A stretch of 64,000 nt of DNA from Spirochaetota bacterium (GCA_965208615.1 CBDBPB010000007.1:64001-128000), one strand, 5' to 3'; counted from the first letter of the stretch, positions 10,181 through 20,415 are shown. The notes: generated by a model from the letters alone, not told the origin. Numbers and translations are program-made.

Positions 10181-10289
10181 TCTAACTCCTTAGTTTAAAT
10201 TTAGTAAAACTATAGTAAACCTAACAAGTTAAAAACTCTATGTCAAGACTTTTATTAGTTAAACCAGATAACTTAAGCTTTATAATTGA

Positions 10290-12059
10290 CTAACCTAAAG
10301 CATTTATACTATCTACAAAGTTATTAGCAAAGCTATCCAAGTCCTTTTTAGCGGATAGTTTAGCATTATCTAAATTATCCACATTACTCTTTATTATGCT
10401 AAAATAAAACTTTATCTTAGGCTCAGTCCCACTAGGCCTAATGGTAACCTTGCTATTATCCTCGAGATAAAATGTTAATACATTACTCTTTGGTAAGTCA
10501 AGAGGCTCTTCTTTACCATTTGTTAGATCAGTTGTCTTACCAAGATAGACATCCCTTATGCGGATAACCTTTGAATTGTTTATCCTATCAGGTGGACTAT
10601 CCCTAAAATGGGTGATTATCTTTTGTATTTGTTCAACACCCTCTTTACCCTTCAAAGTTAGAGACCTAAGACCCTCTAAATAAAAGCCGTATTTCTTATA
10701 TATCTCATCAAGATAGTCTATTAACGTAATACCCTTATTCTTGCATAGTGCGGCAACCTCGGCAATAATAGCACATGTACTAACCGCATCCTTATCCCTA
10801 ACAAAGTCTCCTAAAAGATAACCGTAACTTTCCTCAAAACCAAATATATACTCTTTTGATTTATTCTCCAAATCATGGTACTGATAAATCTTCTCAGCAA
10901 TATACTTAAATCCAGTAAGAACCTCAAACTGATGGACATTAAAGTCATCGCAGATAGCACTAGTCAAATCAGTGGATACTATTGTCTTAACTACAAAGCT
11001 ATCTTTAGGTAAACGTCCATGAGCCTTATACTGAGATAGCAAATAATAAGTGATAATAACTCCCACTTGATTACCGTTTAAAAGTATAAAGTCATTTTTA
11101 TGTTTAATAGCAGTACCAACCCTGTCTCCATCAGGATCAGTAGCTAATACTATATCACTATCATTAGTCTTAGCTAACTTTATAGCAAGTTCTAAGGCTT
11201 TACTCTCCTCAGGGTTAGGATAGCTAACCGTAGGAAAGTTACCATCAGGCTCTTCCTGCTCCTTAACCACGTATACATTATTAAAACCCCATCTTTTAAG
11301 AAGCTCTCTTACAGCTATATTAGATGCCCCGTGTAATGGAGTGAATACAATTTTAAGCTTATCAGACATCTGTTTTACGGTATCCCTGTTTATGGATAGT
11401 GAAAGTGCCCGTTTATAATAAGCCTCATCAACCTCTTTGTCTATATAAGACAATAAACTTTTATTAATAGCCTCTTTTTCGGATATAGACTTTACCTCAG
11501 ACATTGACTTTATAGCCCTCACCTCATCAATTATACCAACGTCATGAGGAGGTAAGACCTGCCCCCCGTCTTTGTAGTATACCTTATAGCCATTATACTC
11601 AGGTGGATTATGACTAGCAGTAACCACAATACCAGCAATAGCATTTAAACGCCTTATAGCAAAAGACAATATAGGAGTAGGGCGTAGTGAACTAAAAATA
11701 TACGCCTTAATACCATTTGCAGCAAATATTAACCCAGACCTAAGTGCAAATATGTCAGAGAAGTTCCGTGAGTCATAGGCTATAACAATCCCTTTGCTAT
11801 AATCCTTTTCGTTCTTAGTTATGTAGTTGGCAATACCCTGTGCAGACTTTCCAACGGTATATATATTCATCCTATTGGTACCAGCACCAATAACGCCCCT
11901 TAGTCCCCCTGTACCAAAGTCTAACTCTTTATAAAAGCGATCTGTTAACTCAGCCTCGTTGTTCTGCTGAACCAGCTTATTAATCTCAAGCTGGGTATCT
12001 TTATCGTAGTCATCCCCAAGCCATTCTTTTATACGATCTTGGATAAGTTTATCAAGCAT
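10290..12059 (-). CDS. pgm: Phosphoglucomutase/phosphomannomutase
   Basis: FGTGGLRG, TASHNP (phospho-Ser), DPDGDR, GFEESYG and RPSGTEPKIK. Confidence 0.95.
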   Translation of the reverse strand: MLDKLIQDRIKEWLGDDYDKDTQLEINKLVQQNNEAELTDRFYKELDFGTGGLRGVIGAGTNRMNIYTVGKSAQGIANYITKNEKDYSKGIVIAYDSRNFSDIFALRSGLIFAANGIKAYIFSSLRPTPILSFAIRRLNAIAGIVVTASHNPPEYNGYKVYYKDGGQVLPPHDVGIIDEVRAIKSMSEVKSISEKEAINKSLLSYIDKEVDEAYYKRALSLSINRDTVKQMSDKLKIVFTPLHGASNIAVRELLKRWGFNNVYVVKEQEEPDGNFPTVSYPNPEESKALELAIKLAKTNDSDIVLATDPDGDRVGTAIKHKNDFILLNGNQVGVIITYYLLSQYKAHGRLPKDSFVVKTIVSTDLTSAICDDFNVHQFEVLTGFKYIAEKIYQYHDLENKSKEYIFGFEESYGYLLGDFVRDKDAVSTCAIIAEVAALCKNKGITLIDYLDEIYKKYGFYLEGLRSLTLKGKEGVEQIQKIITHFRDSPPDRINNSKVIRIRDVYLGKTTDLTNGKEEPLDLPKSNVLTFYLEDNSKVTIRPSGTEPKIKFYFSIIKSNVDNLDNAKLSAKKDLDSFANNFVDSINALG

Positions 12060-12122
12060 AATATTGTCCTATAATACAGTTTAGTTAAATTATATTATAG
12101 GCGTATAGTTTAGTCAACTTCT

Positions 12123-12866
12123 TTATTTAAAAATAACTTTACAACCAGGCAAAAGTTCTTTTAGTCTGTTAATCTCTTCTCCACTAATAGGATTACCCCA
12201 TAAAGTAAGCTTCTTTAAGTTCTTTAATTGCCCAATCTCTTTTGGGATAGTCTTAAGCTGGTTATGGCCTAAACTAAGCTCCTTTAAGTTCTTTAATTGC
12301 CCAATCTCTTTTGGGATAGTCTTAAGCTGGTTATGGCCTAAACTAAGCTCCTTTAAGTTCTTTAATTGACCAATCTCTTTTGGGATAGTCTTAAGCTGGT
12401 TAAAGTCTAACCAAAGCTCCTTTAAGTTTGTTAACTGTACAATCTCTTTTGGGATAGTCTTAAGCTGGTTATTGTATAACCAAAGCTCCTTTAAGTTCTT
12501 TAATTGACCAATTTCTTTTGGGATAGTCTTAAGCTGGTTATTGTATAAATAAAGCGATTCTAAGTTTGTTAATTGTACAATCTCTTTTGGGATAGTCTTA
12601 AGCTGGTTATTGTATAACCAAAGCTTCTCTAAGTTCTTTAACTGTACAATCTCTTTTGGGATAGTCTTAAGCTGGTTATAATCTAAAGTAAGCTCCTTTA
12701 AGTTATTTAATAGCCCTATCTTTGTTAATAGTCTTATAGTTAGCGGAAGTTCTGTTAATTTACTATTAGACAAATCTAAACTTTCTTTGTTTAAAAAAGA
12801 AACAGGAACAGAAGCTAATATGACTATAACAGTTAATAAAATAATGGTTAGTTTTTTCCTTTTCAT
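12123..12866 (-). CDS. Exported leucine-rich repeat protein (23-aa Leptospira-type LRR)
   Basis: Signal/anchor sequence, seven [23 protein letters not shown] repeats and cap [22 protein letters not shown]. Confidence 0.92.
   Translation of the reverse strand: MKRKKLTIILLTVIVILASVPVSFLNKESLDLSNSKLTELPLTIRLLTKIGLLNNLKELTLDYNQLKTIPKEIVQLKNLEKLWLYNNQLKTIPKEIVQLTNLESLYLYNNQLKTIPKEIGQLKNLKELWLYNNQLKTIPKEIVQLTNLKELWLDFNQLKTIPKEIGQLKNLKELSLGHNQLKTIPKEIGQLKNLKELSLGHNQLKTIPKEIGQLKNLKKLTLWGNPISGEEINRLKELLPGCKVIFK
12219..12701 (-). repeat. In-frame tandem repeat, 7 x 69 bp (LRR units)
   Basis: Near-invariant block tcttttgggatagtcttaagctggtta every 69 bp; units 12219-12287 and 12288-12356 are identical. 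Confidence 0.95.
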
Positions 12867-12966
12867 TTATTACTCCTATTCTAAATATATTAGAGGCTAT
12901 AAAGCTATATATAGCTCTATGAGAAATCAACTATTACAAAACATTTTGTAGTAAAGTAATTAACAA

Positions 12967-14448
12967 TTAGCTTTTATCATGGGCAATAAAGAACTCACTA
13001 ACAAAGTTAATACTCTCTTCGGATGGCTTATAGCGTAATAGACTATTCAAACATACATCACAGTTATAACATTTTTCAGCCTTATAATCCACGAGGCTAT
13101 TCCTTAAGAATACCATTCTACACTTTTTAGTTGATGTATAATCTATCATTTGCTTTAGTTCATTTAGCCTATGTTGTTTTAGCTTAAGGTGATGGTATAA
13201 GCTAATTCTATAGGGATATTTAATAAGATGATATTTACCATTATTTAGTTTTATAACTTTCTTTTTTTCCATATTAAGGAGTATAGCTTTTAATATTGTA
13301 TTGGATAAGCCTGTTTTATTTGCTATATCAGTAAGGTTATCCCCATTTTTTAGTGCATCAAGGATTAGGTAATAGTCTTTCTTATTAGGGCAGGCGGATA
13401 TAATACCGTTCTCATGAGTATTTTTATCATTTTGGTTATATAACAGTATAACTTTTGCTTTTTTACCATCTCTACCTGCTCTACCGATCTCTTGATAATA
13501 GTGCATAGGGGATGCGGTTATGTTAGTGTGTATTACAAAACGTATATCTGGCTTATCCAGACCCATACCAAGGGCATTGGTAGCACATACCACTTTATAT
13601 TTATTTTGTATAAGGTTTTGTTCGACATATAGTCTTTTATTTTTCTCCATACCTGCGTGATATGCTGTTGATGGTATATTTAGTGAGTTTATAAGGTTGC
13701 TGTATAGTTCTGTATCCCTTCTTTTGGCTGAGTATATTAACCCAATACCGTTTAACTTGGGGATAATATCTTTTATATAAGCAAACTTAGATTGCTTATC
13801 TATTACTTTTACCACTGATAAATTAAGGCTAGGACGATCAAGACTGGCTCTAAGGACTTTAGCTTTACCCATTTGTGATTTAATATCCTTAATAGTTTTT
13901 TTATTGGCTGTAGCCGTTGTACTAAGTATTGGTATATTGGTTTTGATAGTATTTATTGTTTTTATAATGTTTTGGTATGATGGTCTAAAGTTATGCCCCC
14001 ATTGGGATATACAATGTGCTTCATCTATTACTATCATGGAGATGTTTAGACTATTTATATAATCTATCCACGATTTGCTTTCTTGGTGTTCGGGGGATAT
14101 ATACAAAAGTTTAAGCTCACCATTTAGGGCTGATGATATTATATTTTGTTTTTCTTTATACGTTTGTCCGCTGTATAGGGCTTTTCCTTGTATATTAAGT
14201 AGGCTTAGGTTATTTATTTGGTCTCTCATTAGGGATATTAACGGGCTAAACACTAAGGTAATGCCTTCTAGTTGGGTAGCGGTAAACTGATAACATAGTG
14301 ATTTACCAAAGCCTGTTTTTTCTATTAGTATGACGGACTTTTTATTTAGTAGTTTTTTAATTACGGTCCACTGGTTGTCGTAGAAGTTATTTATTTTAAA
14401 GAGGTTTTTTAATTTTTGTTCATACTCTTTGCGGTTAGGGTATGACAT
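12967..14448 (-). CDS. recQ: RecQ-family ATP-dependent DNA helicase (short, no HRDC domain apparent)
   Basis: TGFGKSLCYQ, DEAHCISQWGHNFRP, QEIGRAGRDG and Zn-binding CR...CxNCDVC. Confidence 0.9.
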   Translation of the reverse strand: MSYPNRKEYEQKLKNLFKINNFYDNQWTVIKKLLNKKSVILIEKTGFGKSLCYQFTATQLEGITLVFSPLISLMRDQINNLSLLNIQGKALYSGQTYKEKQNIISSALNGELKLLYISPEHQESKSWIDYINSLNISMIVIDEAHCISQWGHNFRPSYQNIIKTINTIKTNIPILSTTATANKKTIKDIKSQMGKAKVLRASLDRPSLNLSVVKVIDKQSKFAYIKDIIPKLNGIGLIYSAKRRDTELYSNLINSLNIPSTAYHAGMEKNKRLYVEQNLIQNKYKVVCATNALGMGLDKPDIRFVIHTNITASPMHYYQEIGRAGRDGKKAKVILLYNQNDKNTHENGIISACPNKKDYYLILDALKNGDNLTDIANKTGLSNTILKAILLNMEKKKVIKLNNGKYHLIKYPYRISLYHHLKLKQHRLNELKQMIDYTSTKKCRMVFLRNSLVDYKAEKCYNCDVCLNSLLRYKPSEESINFVSEFFIAHDKS

Positions 14449-14454
14449 TAATTT

Positions 14455-14871
14455 TTATTCTCCGATTATGGTTAATACAAGTTGCCTTGATCCGCCGTAA
14501 TCCCTGTGTTCACATAGGTATATACCTTGCCACGTACCCAGGTTTAGTTTGTAGTTACTAATTGGGATAGTTAAAGAACTACCTAGTATAGACGATTTTA
14601 GGTGTGCAGGCATATCGTCTTTGCCTTCTAGGGTATGTTTATAATGCTTTGCGTTTTCGGGGATCATTATATTAAAGTGGCTTTCAAAGTCTTGTCTGAC
14701 GGTGGGGTCTGCGTTTTCGTTTATGGTTAGGCTTGCTGATGAGTGTTTTATAAATATGTGTAATAATCCTGTTTTGACTTTGTTTATAGTTTCTTTTTCA
14801 ATTAGCTTAGTTATTATGTGAAAGCCTCTTGGATATGGTGCTAATGTTATTTCTTTTTGTGATAGGTCCAT
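14455..14871 (-). CDS. yjbQ: YjbQ/UPF0047 family protein
   Basis: HSSASLTINENADP, DDMPAHLKSS and LGTWQGIYLCEHR. Confidence 0.93.
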   Translation of the reverse strand: MDLSQKEITLAPYPRGFHIITKLIEKETINKVKTGLLHIFIKHSSASLTINENADPTVRQDFESHFNIMIPENAKHYKHTLEGKDDMPAHLKSSILGSSLTIPISNYKLNLGTWQGIYLCEHRDYGGSRQLVLTIIGE

Positions 14872-14903
14872 ATTTTTATGATAGTAGGTATGCCGTAAAA
14901 TAT

Positions 14904-16031
14904 TTATCGTTTATTAATAGGCATAACTTTACGTTCGTTAGGCCCTATATATTGGCTTAACGGTCTTATTAGGCGATTATCTTTAAGTTGTTCCATTATA
15001 TGTGCAGTCCAACCTGTTATACGGCTTATAACAAAGATAGGGGTAAAGGTTTCTATATTAAAGCCCATCATATAGTATGCAGGGCCTGTTGGGAAGTCTA
15101 AATTAGGGTGTATATTCTTTTCTTTTAGCATATGGTCTTTTAGGATGTGATATATTTTAGCCCATTTATCCTGACCTTTTATCTCAGCCATTTTTAGCAT
15201 ATACTTTTGCATAGTGGGTACTCTAGAGTCACCTTTTTTATATACTCTATGTCCAAAGCCCATTATTTTGGTATTATTTTTCAATGCTGTTTCAAGCCAT
15301 GCTTTTGCATTATTGGGATCATTAATTTCTTTCATGGTATGCATAACTGCTTCATTGGCTCCACCGTGCAGTGGACCTTTTAGGGAGCCAATAGCCCCTG
15401 TTACAGCTGAATATATATCAGATAGTGACGATATAACGACTCTAGCCGTAAAAGTGGAGGCATTAAATGTGTGTTCTGCATATAGGATCATGGATACGTC
15501 AAAAGCTTTTATTACGTATTCGTTGGGAACTTCATTAAAGCACATATAAAAGAAGTTTTCTGCTATTGAGAGGTCATTACGAGGATCAATGATATTTTTA
15601 CCTTGTCTTGATCTAAAATCAGCGGCAACAATGATTGGTATTTTAGCTAATAATTTAATAGACTTAATATAATTAGACTCACGGCTAAGAGAACCAGCAT
15701 CACTATCTTCGGTACCTAAAAAGCTAACAGCAGTTTTTAGAGAGTCCATTGGATGGCATTTATTATTAAATAGTTTTATTAGGGTTTTAAGCTTGTCGGA
15801 TATAGTTCTATATGTTTTTTCGTTTTGTATAAAGCTACTAAGTTCTGTTTGATTAGGCAATTCACCGTTTAACAAGAGGTATGCAACCTCTTCAAAGGAG
15901 CAGTTTTCAGCTAAGTCCTGTACAGGATAGCCATAATAGACCAGAGCATTAATTTCTGGCATAACCTTTGACACAGATGATTCATCGACAATAACACCTT
16001 CTAGACCTTTTCTTGCTTTCATTTTTTCCAT
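14904..16031 (-). CDS. prpC: 2-methylcitrate synthase/citrate synthase
   Basis: KGLEGV, YAEHTFNASTF, GPLHGGANEA, GFGHRVY and PNLDF; divergent from prpE. Confidence 0.88.
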   Translation of the reverse strand: MEKMKARKGLEGVIVDESSVSKVMPEINALVYYGYPVQDLAENCSFEEVAYLLLNGELPNQTELSSFIQNEKTYRTISDKLKTLIKLFNNKCHPMDSLKTAVSFLGTEDSDAGSLSRESNYIKSIKLLAKIPIIVAADFRSRQGKNIIDPRNDLSIAENFFYMCFNEVPNEYVIKAFDVSMILYAEHTFNASTFTARVVISSLSDIYSAVTGAIGSLKGPLHGGANEAVMHTMKEINDPNNAKAWLETALKNNTKIMGFGHRVYKKGDSRVPTMQKYMLKMAEIKGQDKWAKIYHILKDHMLKEKNIHPNLDFPTGPAYYMMGFNIETFTPIFVISRITGWTAHIMEQLKDNRLIRPLSQYIGPNERKVMPINKR

Positions 16032-16059
16032 AACTACCTACCTTTTATAGAAGTGATAC

Positions 16060-16088
16060 TTGACAATTATATGTTAAATAGCTAACTT
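16060..16088 (+). promoter_or_regulatory. Candidate sigma70 promoter for prpE
   Basis: TTGACA-N17-TAACTT in the prpC/prpE intergenic region; AT-rich background lowers certainty. Confidence 0.4.
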
Positions 16089-16229
16089 AACAAGTATAAT
16101 AACAACTAATCATATTGGCAATATACAAAGCTATATTCTTCAATATAAAAGCTAATTTTTATTTACTTTTTAAGTTAAAAATCTTTTAAGGGTTAGAAGG
16201 CAAGATATATTGTTAAAAGGGAGATATAT

Positions 16230-18122
16230 ATGGGGTATCAGCAATTATACGATGAGTCAATAAATGATCCTATAGGGTTTTGGGATAAGGCCGCTAAGGA
16301 TATTATATGGGATAAGCCTTATCAAAAGGTATTGGATGACTCTAACAAGCCGTTTTACAGGTGGTTTAGTGGTGGAGAGCTAAACACGTGTTATAATGCC
16401 ATTGATTATCATGTTGAGAATGGCAGGGCTAATCAGACTGCTATTATTTATGATAGCCCTGTAACAAATACTATAAGAAGGATTAGTTATAAGGAGTTAC
16501 TGGATGAGGTATCAAGGTTTGCAGGTGTATTAAGGTCATTTGGTGTTGGAAAGGGCGATAGGGTTATAATATATTTACCTATGACTCCAGAGGCACTTAT
16601 TGCAATGTATGCCTGTGCAAGGATTGGAGCTATACACTCAGTAGTGTTTGGTGGATTTGCATCCCATGAGTTAGCCATTAGGATTGATGATGCTGAACCA
16701 AAGTTAATTATATCAGCCTCATGCGGGATTGAGGTTAAGAGGATTGTTGACTATAAAACCTTACTTGATGAGGCTATTGATCAGGCTAATCATAAGGTGG
16801 ATAAGTGTATTATATATCAGAGGAGTCAACATATATGTCATTTGAAAGAGGGCAGGGATTTTGACTGGTATAAGCTTATGGAGACTGCTAAATCTGTTGA
16901 TTGCGTATCTGTTAAGGCCAGTGACCCTCTATATATATTATATACCTCTGGTACAACGGGTATACCAAAGGGCATAGTGAGGGATAATGGTGGTCATGCT
17001 GTTGCACTGAAGTGGTCTATGAGGTATATATATGATGTTAGCCCTGGGGATGTTTATTGGGCGGCTTCTGACGTTGGATGGGTTGTTGGACATTCATATA
17101 TAGTCTATGCACCTCTTTTGTACGGCTGTACTACTGTGGTATACGAGGGAAAGCCTGTTGGTACTCCTGATGCAGGGGCATTTTATAGGGTTATTCAGGA
17201 TCATAATGTAAAAGTTTTGTTTACTGCTCCAACTGCTTTTAGGGCTATCAAAAAGGAGGATCCTAATGGGGAGCATTTAAAGCGGTATAACATATCTGGT
17301 TTTAAGTATCTTTTTTTAGCTGGTGAGCGTTTAGACCCTGATACATATTACTGGGCGTGTAATTTATTAAAAGTACCTGTTATTGATCATTGGTGGCAAA
17401 CCGAAACTGGATGGGCTATTGTAGCTAATTGTATGGGTGTTGAGTCACTTGATCAAAAGGCTGGTTCGTCTACAAAGGCTGTACCTGGCTATAAGGTAGA
17501 GGTTGTTGATGAGAAGGGTGAAGTTTGTTCTCCTGATGCTGAGGGATCGGTTACCATAAAGCTACCCTTACCACCGGGTGCATTATTATCTTTGTGGAAT
17601 AATGATAGGCGTTATAAAGAGTCATATCTTGATACTAATCCGGGTAGGTATACCACTGGGGATGGGGGTTTTATTGATAATGACGACTACGTTTTTATTA
17701 TGGGGCGAACTGATGATGTTATTATTGTAGCTGGGCATAATTTATCTACAGGTAGTTTAGAGGAGGTTATAGCCTCACATCCTGATATTGCAGAGTGTGC
17801 TGTTATAGGGGCATCGGATAAGTTAAAAACGCAACTACCTCTTGGACTTGTTGTGCTAAAAGCTGGTGTTAAAAAGGATCATGCTATTATCATAAAAGAG
17901 CTTGTACAGTTAGTTAGGCATAAGATTGGACCAGTTGCTAATTTTAAGCAATGTATTATTGTAAATAGGCTACCTAAGACTCGTTCTGGTAAGATATTAA
18001 GGGCTGTTATGAGGAAGATTGCTGATCAAAAGGATTATAATATACCATCTACTATTGAGGATCCTGTTGTTTTGGACGAGATAGCAGAAGGTTTATTATC
18101 TATTGGTTACGGTAAAAAGTAG
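16230..18122 (+). CDS. prpE: Propionyl-CoA synthetase
   Basis: YILYTSGTTGIPKG, DHWWQTETGW and LPKTRSGKILR; RDNGGHAVAL and YEGKPVGTPDAG are typical of the PrpE clade. Confidence 0.9.
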   Translation: MGYQQLYDESINDPIGFWDKAAKDIIWDKPYQKVLDDSNKPFYRWFSGGELNTCYNAIDYHVENGRANQTAIIYDSPVTNTIRRISYKELLDEVSRFAGVLRSFGVGKGDRVIIYLPMTPEALIAMYACARIGAIHSVVFGGFASHELAIRIDDAEPKLIISASCGIEVKRIVDYKTLLDEAIDQANHKVDKCIIYQRSQHICHLKEGRDFDWYKLMETAKSVDCVSVKASDPLYILYTSGTTGIPKGIVRDNGGHAVALKWSMRYIYDVSPGDVYWAASDVGWVVGHSYIVYAPLLYGCTTVVYEGKPVGTPDAGAFYRVIQDHNVKVLFTAPTAFRAIKKEDPNGEHLKRYNISGFKYLFLAGERLDPDTYYWACNLLKVPVIDHWWQTETGWAIVANCMGVESLDQKAGSSTKAVPGYKVEVVDEKGEVCSPDAEGSVTIKLPLPPGALLSLWNNDRRYKESYLDTNPGRYTTGDGGFIDNDDYVFIMGRTDDVIIVAGHNLSTGSLEEVIASHPDIAECAVIGASDKLKTQLPLGLVVLKAGVKKDHAIIIKELVQLVRHKIGPVANFKQCIIVNRLPKTRSGKILRAVMRKIADQKDYNIPSTIEDPVVLDEIAEGLLSIGYGKK

Positions 18123-18220
18123 CTGTCGTACAACATCCTATATATTGTTAGTCTAATATTTACGAGCTTATTGTAGATATTAGAATACTATCTTATCTAA
18201 ATTATACAGCCGAATATGGG

Positions 18221-18257
18221 CTATTGACTTATCTGTAATTTCTTTTTAATTTTAAAT
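18221..18257 (+). repeat. 37-bp direct repeat, copy 1 (copy 2 at 18941-18977), containing TTGACT-N17-TAATTT
   Basis: 35/37 identical, exactly 720 bp apart. Confidence 0.85.
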
Positions 18258-18432
18258 AGATTTTATTTATATTTTGTTAAGTTTTAGAAATATAAGTTAG
18301 CTTAGAGTACTTTTGATCTACACTATTAGGACAATTAGTAACAAATATTCTAGTAGGTTATTGTAAAAGCGTTTTAAGTTTATCGATTTTTATAGATACA
18401 AACTGTTTTATTATTTTCAATTCACATAGAAA

Positions 18433-18736
18433 ACATATAATGTCAATATAGAATATTCTAATAATCCGCCCTATCCTTTTATGGAACAGCAAATTCCTTG
18501 TCACTTAATAAAGGTCTATAATTCTTAGTCTCAGTAAGGGATTCTTAATAGCTCTCGTAGTGATGACTACTTGCATAAAAAGTGATATTTTGTGTTCATT
18601 GCTAAAGTATTTAAGCAGCACTTAAAGAGCATAGTGGGATAACCTTCTTGATACAAGAAAATAACTTTTTCATAAATATTTTAACTTTCCTGTTCCATAA
18701 AGAAATCTAAAATTCACTTGCCTTTACATTATATGT
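18433..18736. repeat. 304-bp non-coding dispersed element, copy 1 (MITE-like or structured RNA)
   Basis: Ungapped match to 54592-54895 (35 mismatches by hand count). Terminal IR acatataatgt/acattatatgt; inner IR tttatggaacag (18478-18489)/ctgttccataaa (18690-18701). Confidence 0.9.
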
Positions 18737-18940
18737 CTTGCTTTTTACCTTGTATGACTCGTCATAACTCTATCATAAAATGATAACTAAATTATTAAAT
18801 AATATCTCTCTGAATAACCTGGATTATCACAAAATACCTTCTTATTATGTTTACCTATACCAAATATAGATTCCTAATAAATTATAAAAATATCCCGTAA
18901 AACTCCTTTACAATAACTCTAGCAGAATGATCGAAAAGCC

Positions 18941-18977
18941 CTATTGACTTAACTATAATTTCTTTTTAATTTTAAAT
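18941..18977 (+). promoter_or_regulatory. Candidate cysS promoter (37-bp direct repeat, copy 2)
   Basis: TTGACT-N17-TAATTT shortly upstream of the GGGAG RBS and the cysS ATG. Confidence 0.55.
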
Positions 18978-19017
18978 GATACACAAACTGTTAATTTAAA
19001 GGGAGACTAATAATAAC

Positions 19018-20415
19018 ATGGCATTACAATTTTATAATACGCTTAGTAGAAAAAAAGAAAACTTTATACCCCTATCTGATGGAGAGGTATTACTATATAC
19101 TTGTGGACCTACTATTTATAACCATATCCACATTGGTAATTTAAGGACTTTCTTATTTGAGGATATTTTAGTACGTTATTTAAGGTATAAGGGGTATAAG
19201 GTTAGGCAGATCATGAACTTAACCGATGTCGATGATAAAACAATTAAAAACTCTATTAAAGAGGGAAAGTCATTAAAAGACTATACTAATAAGTATAAAC
19301 AATCCTTCTTTCACGACATTAACCTTTTAAATATAACTCCAGCAGAAAGCTATCCCGCGGCTACTGATCACATTGAGGATATGGTAAGGCTTATCCAAAA
19401 GCTTAGTCAAAACGGATATACCTATGAAATCGCCGGCTCTACATATTTTAGTATAAATAAGTTTAAGGATTATGGTAAACTTGCTCATTTGGATAAGTCG
19501 AGTTTAAGGGCTGGAGCAGGCGGAAGGGTATCTTCTGACGAGTACGATAAAGAAAATGTTAGCGACTTTGTTTTGTGGAAGGCTCATACAAAAGACGATG
19601 GTGACGTTTATTGGAATACACCCATTGGTAAAGGTAGACCTGGATGGCATATAGAGTGCAGTGGTATGAGTATGAGGTATTTGGGGGAGACATTTGACAT
19701 CCACACTGGCGGAGTGGATAATATATTCCCTCATCATGAAAATGAAATTGCTCAAAGTGAGGGTGCAACAGCTAAGAAGTTCGTTAATTATTGGATGCAC
19801 TCCGAGTTCCTTAATCTTAAAGGTGAGAAAAGCTCTAAAAGTAAGGGCAATGTTATTTACTTAAAAGATCTCTTGGATAAAGGCTTTTCTAAAGAGGCTA
19901 TACGCTTTAGCCTTATTCAGTCTCATTATAGGTCTAAGATAAACTATGGTGATGATATTTTGGATCAGGCAAAATCAACTCTCGCCGGCATAAATTATTT
20001 TATACAACGATGCCTTCAGATAAACAAAACAACTCATAATTGTGAAAAGGTCATGGATATTATATCCACTGGGCTTAGTAAGTTCGAAAACGCTATGGAT
20101 GATGATCTGAACATATCCTTGGCATTGGCTGGCGTTTTTGAGGTTATTAAAAACTTGAATCTTAACTTTGATAGCTTGTCCAAGAACGATATTACTAGAA
20201 TAATAGACTTTTTTCGCAAGATAAATGAGGTTTTAGGTGTTCTTTCTTTTGAGAGACCTATTTTAGATGAAGAGATAAATAGGTTAATAAAAGAGCGTAA
20301 TACTGCAAGACAAAAAAAAGACTATATTACGGCTGATACAATTAGAGACCGTCTTAAAGAAAGCGGAATACTTTTAGAAGACACTCCTAAAGGAGTTATT
20401 TGGAAAAAGGTATAA
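19018..20415 (+). CDS. cysS: Cysteine--tRNA ligase
   Basis: [27 protein letters not shown] and KSSKS (KMSKS variant). Confidence 0.98.
   Translation: MALQFYNTLSRKKENFIPLSDGEVLLYTCGPTIYNHIHIGNLRTFLFEDILVRYLRYKGYKVRQIMNLTDVDDKTIKNSIKEGKSLKDYTNKYKQSFFHDINLLNITPAESYPAATDHIEDMVRLIQKLSQNGYTYEIAGSTYFSINKFKDYGKLAHLDKSSLRAGAGGRVSSDEYDKENVSDFVLWKAHTKDDGDVYWNTPIGKGRPGWHIECSGMSMRYLGETFDIHTGGVDNIFPHHENEIAQSEGATAKKFVNYWMHSEFLNLKGEKSSKSKGNVIYLKDLLDKGFSKEAIRFSLIQSHYRSKINYGDDILDQAKSTLAGINYFIQRCLQINKTTHNCEKVMDIISTGLSKFENAMDDDLNISLALAGVFEVIKNLNLNFDSLSKNDITRIIDFFRKINEVLGVLSFERPILDEEINRLIKERNTARQKKDYITADTIRDRLKESGILLEDTPKGVIWKKV

Noticed and set aside
12219-12701. CRISPR-like periodicity (about 27-bp constant block every 69 bp)
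   Set aside because: The intervening sequences are homologous to each other, the period is 23 codons in an open LRR frame, and no cas genes are present.
16115-16132. Sigma54 (-24/-12) promoter for prpE
   Set aside because: The GG and GC are 11 nt apart rather than 10, and the -12 TTGC is absent.
18433-18736. Small conserved peptide gene or DGR template/variable repeat pair
   Set aside because: Only very short ORFs without convincing RBS; mismatches are not adenine-specific, neither copy lies in a gene, and there is no reverse transcriptase in the window.
18123-19017. T-box riboswitch upstream of cysS
   Set aside because: No GGTGGNACC T-box motif, and the structured element recurs beside unrelated genes.
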